The position numbers and the translations under genes were made by a program. 64,000 nucleotides of DNA from NCBI GenBank assembly GCA_001244265.2, contig LN717261.1:124001-188000 (forward strand). Reading direction: 5' to 3'. The notes under the pieces were generated by a model, which saw nothing but the letters and a program-made list of their open reading frames with translations, did not search any database and was not told the origin of the DNA. This DNA comes from Microbotryum violaceum (taxonomy: Eukaryota). This document shows, in pieces, positions 56,860 through 64,000 of the stretch (positions are counted from its first letter, which is position 1; every line of letters starts with the position of its first letter).

Positions 56860-59800
56860 CTATAAATCGTGCTTGAATCGACCTGGGTCACAAGGGCGCC
56901 GACTCCCAGCTTTAGTAGACAGTTCCCCAAAGAGAACATGAAAATCTACTCACACTTTGTGCCCATGTCACAGCCCCGCGGCGTATTGAAGAACCGGCAC
57001 TTAGTGACCTTGCCCTTGGCGCCCTTGCCAGCTTTCTTGCCCTTCATTTTGCTTGCTTGCATATCGATGCTTGAGCCCCCCGGCGGCACATAGCCGTTGT
57101 ACTGGTCTGATAGGGTCAATTGAGGCGCCTGCGACATGAGCGATTGCTGTTGCTGCTGCTGCCATGAGAGCATCGAATGCGGAAGCGGAGGTGTCGGCTT
57201 CAATTGAACAGGGAAGGTCTGCAATCAAGCAAGCAGAAACGTGAGCAGGTTTTTCATCCAACTAGGCAGTAGCTATGCATCGACGTACTTCTCGTTGACT
57301 CAGCTCGTTCGCAAGCATGCCCAGTTCTTGGGGGTGCTGGTTGACGATGCTCTGAATCAGAGCGGGATCGAAGGCCCGAAGCTTGGCCAGTGCCTGCTCA
57401 TCAAAGACGCCCGTTTGCTCGAGAGCATTGGAGCTCGGACCCGTGTGGGGTTGGTGGACGTGCTGTTGAAGCTGATGCGGTTGTTGATGGTGGTGCTCTT
57501 GCATGCTGACAAGGTTGCCAAGCAGGCTTTGTAGTTGATCCTCTTGCAGGTAGCCCTGTGTCGGGGTGTTCAAGGACTGGGCATTTGCGATTGCCTGCAT
57601 CACAAAAGGATCACTCGTCATCTCGGATGAGAAGGTCATCTCCTTTGTTTCGGGCTCGTCTTCGCCGGCTGTTGCGTCCAATTGGGGTTCAGCCGGAGAC
57701 TCCATCTGCGCTTCGGGATTGCTTTCGTCATAGAGGTACTCGGGTCGACCCATTTCGCGTTGCGCTTGAAAGTCGGCTTCCTCGGATTCAACAACAGCGT
57801 GATAGGAGCTGAAGTCCGCCGTATCAGGTACTTCGATGACTGAACGAGCACAATTACGGGTTCTCAATGAGTAAGACGCTAATGTTGTCGAACCCAAAGA
57901 GGTCACGGCTGATCAGACTTACATAACGGCTCGTACCAGGTGATTTCTTCCTCCATTGCCGCACCTTGAGTCATGACAGCTCCCTCGCGTTCATTCATAT
58001 CCCTGACCAACGACTCGAAGCCAATGTCCTCGTCCTCCGCACCGGCCTCACCCATGCCTTTCCGTGGCCGTTGCCCGTCGAGGCAATTCTCGATGATCCG
58101 GATGTGGTTGAGATCGACGTCATTGAGCGGCCAGTGTACTTTCTTCTTATTTCTCTGTTTAAGAGGATTCAAAGTTGATCGAAGCTCGGAGGGAATTTTG
58201 TCGGCCGCCAATGAAGTTGTTGCCGCCAATGTCCTAAAGGCTGTGGAGGGAGTCGGAGCAGCGGCAGAAGTAGACGGCGGCTCGCTCGTGCGCTTCTTGT
58301 CAAACTTCATTTGGGCCAACATCTTTTGCAACGGGTTGGCGACCACGACCGGCGCCTTTTTGACTGGTACTAGGGTCGCGGTTGACGTTGGTGCTTTCCT
58401 GGTGCTTGTTGTGGCAGCATCTGCGACGTGCTTCTTGGCTTCGGCGACAACAGTCTTCCCTGCCGAGACGGTCTTTAGCTTCTTGACCGGAGCTGCGTGT
58501 CCGAATTGAATCAACCACGAAGTCAGCCAACCAGATCGCTCAACATAAGGTTTATACGCCAAACGCTCGCCTTCAGAGCTCGAATCCGGTGTCTTGCGTT
58601 TTATCGCTGCACTGGCCGCTTTCTTACTGGTCGCTTCGTCCTTTGAGTCGGTGATGCTGCTGGCCAGTTCTTGCCATTTGTTGACCAGTTCCCGTGCAAG
58701 CTTGACCGCCTCTATCAAGATCAAACACAGTCAGGTTGAGTAAAGTGTAGACAAGTGGGTCAGTTCAATGTCAAGTAACATGGAACCGCCATCTTGGAAC
58801 TCACCTTTGTTCTTTGAACCTCGATCGACCCTCCGGACTCGTTTTCCGAGCTCGTACGTCTTGAGATGATTGATTGTGAGGGGAAGTTTGTTTAGAGCCT
58901 GTGCATTCACGATTCGGGAGTATAATTGGAGACTTGCTGGTCAGGTTCATGGTCTGATCCCGCGCAAGTCATATGTAGGAGCGGCAAGCCAACGTCGGCG
59001 CTGCGCGCACGGGCCCGAGGACCGGACAGGAGCCACGACTCGGTCGCGCCAGTGATGGGATACGAAGCTCTCTACTTTAGGGGCACGTGACCACAAAAAG
59101 ATCCGACAGGATACAAAGCACAAGGTAATTTTCAAGTTGTGATTGCTCTGTGCAATTTGTAGAGCGGGTGCAAGGCGCGCAGGTAGGCCCGGCGCTGAGT
59201 TTCGGGCCCGAGCGGTCGGCTCCAGATTTGAAAGCTGACGGCTCGGACGAGCTTCCCAAGACCACCATCGCACGGTCGAAGCACCAAAGACTCACTTTGA
59301 GAATAGGTACCAACGTCCCTTCCAACTCCCTGCCCTGGCCCTTACTCGACTCGACCTCCATCTTCCCTTCCTCGCCCTTCTTCGCCACCGAGGTGCAACT
59401 TAGACTCGCACCCCAGAACCAAACCTTGATCGTCTTGATCCCCTCATCCCCCGGTACGGCCGCGAAAGCATTCCAAAATTCCTTCGTCCCGTTCTGTAGC
59501 ATCTGCGTCAATATGGTCAAGCGATCCGAAGGTGGGATCACGGATTGGTCGCCCCAAGGTGAGAGTTGAGGATTGGCATTACCGAAGGAGAAGTGCGAAA
59601 GCCCTTTGGCGAGCCGATTGGCCAGCACAAGCGGTGTTTTGGTCGTGCGCAGGTTTGCAAGGACGTCGCGCAGCTGCGAGGCGTACATCTTGATCCAGGC
59701 TTGATTCTCGGGCGTGGGGGCGGCGCTACTATTTGCTGCTGAAGTCGCACTCGTTGCTGATGTCAATTTCGATTTTAAGGAGGCGGTGCCCGCAGGCTTG

Positions 59801-60594
59801 GCTGTTGTTAAGACTGAGGTCGAGGTCAAAGCAGGAAGTTTGCCTTGAGCGACGGCGGATTTGGGTGTGATGACGATAGCGGGATTCATAGTGGAATGAG
59901 TAGAAGCGGCGACTTTCTTAGTGCTTGTTGTGGTGGCCTCTGCCTTCTTCTTCACTATCGTTGCTGGAGCCGACGGAGTCACGGGCGCCGCAGTCGAGGT
60001 CGATGCGACAGGGGCTTCGCCGATCAATGCAGGGTGGATGGCGATTACGTCCGTTTCCATCTCCGCCGGAAGTGACGACGACGCGGTTAGGGTCGAAGGA
60101 TCAATGGACTGCACCAGCTCCTCGCCGTCGTCCTCATCATCCTCATCATCCTTATCCTCATTCTGATCAACATCCTCTTCATCGTCGTCCACTTCAGCCT
60201 CAAACCCGCTGTTGAAGGGTTCCGGAGAAAGTCGATCCGCTTCGGTTTGCAATCTGAAAATAGACGCATCACCATCAACAGCCATCATCCCACTGATCTC
60301 GTCGCTGTTGTTGACATTCTCGCCTCCGAGCATCAGCGTCATCGATGCGGCGTCAGGAGCTGATTCTCGGAACGGCGAAGGAAGCTCAGCGGGCAGGTCT
60401 GAGTCCATGTTTAAGGAGTCGATGTTGCCCTTGTGGAACACTGCTGGGCTTGCTAAACCTTCATTGTCATCGTCGATCGGCAGGTACGATGTGCTTGCTC
60501 TCGGATGTTGCCCCTCGGCGGCGATCGTCGATCCCGCATCTGACGAGGGGAAAGTGTCGAGGTCGATGTAGGCGGAAACGTCCGCGGAACTCAT
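56860..60594 (-). CDS. PNUTS/PPP1R10-like PP1 regulatory subunit
   Basis: TFIIS-N-like region (ARELVNKW), PP1-docking KKKVHW and spliced C-terminal CCCH finger CRFFNTPRGCDMGTKC/RFKH. Confidence 0.75.
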
Positions 60595-62553
60595 TGCAAG
60601 GTATCGTCGAAGATGCTTGGGTGTTTATGCTTTGAAAACCCCACGAGTTTTGCGTAAAGGATCTGCACGATGGGAAAAGCGGGACAGGAGAAAGACAGCG
60701 GAAATTGGCGGTGACCGATCGGCGGAGAGGGCAAGAGGGAGCACCGAGTCAGTCAAGAAGTTTTTTAAGTTGTCAAGTGATCAACAGCAAGTTGTTGATC
60801 GGAACGCCAGTGTACTCCGCATCTGATCCATATCTGCCGTCGGTGTCTGAAGGTCCAACTCGCCGAGGAGCCGTAGCTGCGGCCACGGCAACTCGTACCC
60901 GCTAGCTCAGGGGCTCAGGCGGGGCGCGTTTTGCCGGTCGGCAAGCGAGGCGCGGGCACGACCGAGCGCAAGAATCGGCGTCGTGTGAGGCCTGTGCACG
61001 CGGAAACCACGCGTAGGGTAGATCGACGCCTGTAGAGCAAAGCAAAAGCGACAGTCACAAAGTTTGCACTTTGTCTCGTCTCAATCTGCCTTGGTTCAGC
61101 CGGGCCCGGCTCGTTTCGACACGAGGGTCCGATCGCTCTTCCTGCCGCACGGACCGCGCAGGCGGCAAACCTTGTGGTGCCGCTGATGGGCCTGGTCGTC
61201 TCAAGCTCGATTGTTGACTAGTCGTCGAGCCTCCCCTCCCATCGACTTCGCTTGTGCACCAGAATGGAATGGTGACAGTGAAAAGTATGATGTATTTGGG
61301 AAAAAATGACATGCTGGGAAAAAGTGCGATACGTTGCACGAGCTGCGCTCCTGAACAACCCGATCCGAGTGAGGCCTTACCAATCGATGCAAAATCTGTG
61401 GAGGGGAAACCCATGGAACGATTGAAGCGAGTATGTGAAGTGAAGGCCAAACAGAGCGTTTCACCAGCGCACGCGGCAGGCGGAATGGAGGCGAGGGAGC
61501 GAGCGGATCAGTCTGGCCGTTGGCCTGGCAAAGGGGATGACAGAGCCGCTAAGCTCAACAGAGAGCAAGATGAACGTACGTCGTAATAGGGAAAATGAAA
61601 GGAATGCTGCGAGAACACGAGCTTACAGCAACGAGGCCGAGCCGGCCAGGTGACGCACAGCGCAAAAGGTTCACCGCGGACGATGACTATGCAAGCGAGT
61701 ACGATCACACCACAGCACACCACAGCCACTTGCGGGCTCTCAGACACAGTCTAAACAAATGCTTTCACTCCCGGTCAAGTCGTCGATGATGATGAGGTGT
61801 GGTTCGACGAGACGAACGCAAGTTGGGACAAGCGGGGACAACGATGGCGTCGAGGTCGTACAAAGGTAGATTAATCTTGAAGTGGAACGGCCGATGCACC
61901 CTGCCTGCAAAGAATGAATCACAGAACACACGGAGCACCCTGTATGGTGGGGAGGACCGGGTGGGACGCCGGTAGCGAGATGCGGGCGTGGTCGGATGTG
62001 GACGAAAGGCAAGGGCTCATAAGACCCGAGGCCGCATAAAGCCGCGCGCGCATCACGTTGGAACACGGACCAGGAATAGCTCCGAGGTTGTAATACCAAT
62101 TCGCGCTGTTTAAGCACGGCTTTGGCAACCCGAATCGACGGCGCCAGGCGGCGCGCATCCTCGCGCATCCTCGCGCATCTCGCTTGCAGATGAATACCCC
62201 AGGCTTGCCTTTATGGTTGCACCGCAACCCCTTGATGCGTTCCCGCGTGCTGCACAGCTGCCGGTTGCTTGCCTCCACTCTGGCCCATCGCTCGGACGAC
62301 TATGGCGCCCTAGGCACGTCTCACTCTACAATCGACACTCACCTCCATCCTTGCAGATCGAGTCGAGCATCAATTACGAGGCTATCCTACTAGCAACTCA
62401 CTCCATCGCCGCGACCAGTCTCGAGTGTCTGTTCGCCCCGCTCACGTTACCGAATCGGGTCACCACGACCGGCGGCGTGAGGTGGGGTCGACCACCGCAC
62501 GCATTCCTCCGCCTTGCCCCGAGGCAGGCACGCCGCCAGTCCCACTCGAAAAG

Positions 62554-64000
62554 ATGCAAGTGCGACTAGGTCCGGGAATGAACGGCATCATGGGTGCAGG
62601 AGGGGGTCTCCACCCTTCCTCACCGCAGGCGCAGCCGGGAATGCTCGGAAGACCGCCTTCGACTCGGCCACCCCCAGGTCCTCCCTCGTCGAGCAACGGC
62701 GCCTTTTCGATCCCACCCTCCCACCCACAGCACCCTCAACATCCTCAACACCACCAATGGGTCCTGCACCAGCACCAGCAGATGCAACACCAACATGACC
62801 AGCAGCAGATGCAATTGCAGCAGCAGCAACAGCAGCTCCACCGGCAGCAACAGACGCAGCAGCAGCAACAACAGCAAGAACAGAACGGGCCCGGTCCGCC
62901 TTCGATGGAGCTCTTGAGACAGCAACAACAGTCCCAGCTCGGGTACGGCATGCCACCTTCATTGCCTTCATCTTCGCACCCTCAGCTCGTCGCGTCGACT
63001 TCGGCGCAACCCACAACGATGGCGATGCAGCGGCAACAGCAGCAACAACAACAGTCGCATCAAGTCCCACCGGGAATGCTCCTCATGACCAACGGCGAGA
63101 TGAGATCGATCGAAATGCGCATCAACGCGAGCGGGTTGTCCGACTCGAAGTCGAACGGCAACAGCATACACTCGCCCCGCGGTGGCCGCCCAGGTTCGGC
63201 GATACCAACAGCAGGGTCGAGGCAGATGGGGGGTGTTTCGTCCTCGCCTTCACCGTTCGGGACACCGCCCGTTCAAGCTCCAACGCCAATCCACTTTCGA
63301 CAACCTTCGGGCTTGCAGCAACAGCAAGCACCAGGACTCGCCAACTCGCATGTGGGACCGCACCCGACCCCGCCTACTCGACCTATGTCGATCGCTCCTC
63401 CTGGCCCGCCCGGGCCATCGCTTGCCATGGTCGGGCCGGGATCAGTTCCCGGTGCGGGTGTAGGGCCTCAGTTGCTGTACCGACCAAGTGGTCCGGGCGG
63501 TCCACCGCAGCTTCAAACGCCGATGCGGAGAGATCTGATGCTGGCCGCTCAGCTGGCAGCTATGGCGTAAGTGCTCGAATCGCAAGCGTTCGACTCTTTA
63601 CCGATGCTCATATCGTTTTCAATCCTGCAGAGCCGGCCTCATTACAGCGACACCAACATCAGTCGGGCCTTGTCTGTCGAGGTTAACCGCTTTCAACGAG
63701 AGTCTCGCTTTAGCACTAGAAGATGCAAGTCACATATATTCGCGGTTTAGGACAGGGGCTAGCTCGGTCGATAATCTGACAATTCTCCCGACTCGTATTG
63801 CTTTTGCACAGACCGACATTCTCGATTCTCTACGGACACTGGTCGCGGACTACTTCACCGACTCGGGTCTGATCAAATTCGGGCTGTTCGATCGTACAGC
63901 GCAGCTGCACAAGATCTTTGGTACGTGCATGATTTACATTCATCGCACGAGTACCTAAACCCTTGTTCCTTCATCAATAGAAATTCCATGTTCCGCCTTC
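62554..64000 (+). CDS. Q/P-rich LIM-domain-binding (Ldb1/PtaB/Adn1-like) transcriptional cofactor, runs off window
   Basis: Spliced RLTAFNESL...LVADYFTDSGLIKFGL...KIFEIP after a polyQ/Pro region. Confidence 0.7.

Overview
Eukaryotic, intron-rich fungal DNA. Gene content and splice signals fit a basidiomycete, probably Microbotryomycetes such as Microbotryum (inference). Housekeeping genes are TAF4, an Sls1-like protein, a PPR-like protein, RPN10, mitochondrial L17, RPC1, a sugar porter, an SMP-30/gluconolactonase, a hybrid histidine kinase, a PNUTS-like protein and an Ldb1/PtaB-like protein. They are interleaved with a dynamic accessory zone. (i) A family of small secreted 8-Cys proteins shows birth-and-death turnover: two intact copies, one pseudogene and one orphan upstream region, with exons diverging faster than introns. 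(ii) There are two giant hairpins. One is a 765-bp TGTCA...TGACA foldback element with a 5-bp target duplication, whose empty site is visible in a paralogous repeat in the same window. The other is a 417-bp hairpin whose five mismatches all become G-U pairs on the minus strand. (iii) A Helitron cluster shows recognisable termini, and a Helitron fragment sits at the effector duplication junction. Several single-base frameshifts in G/C runs look like assembly errors. Gene models and alignments were done by eye and some boundaries are approximate.
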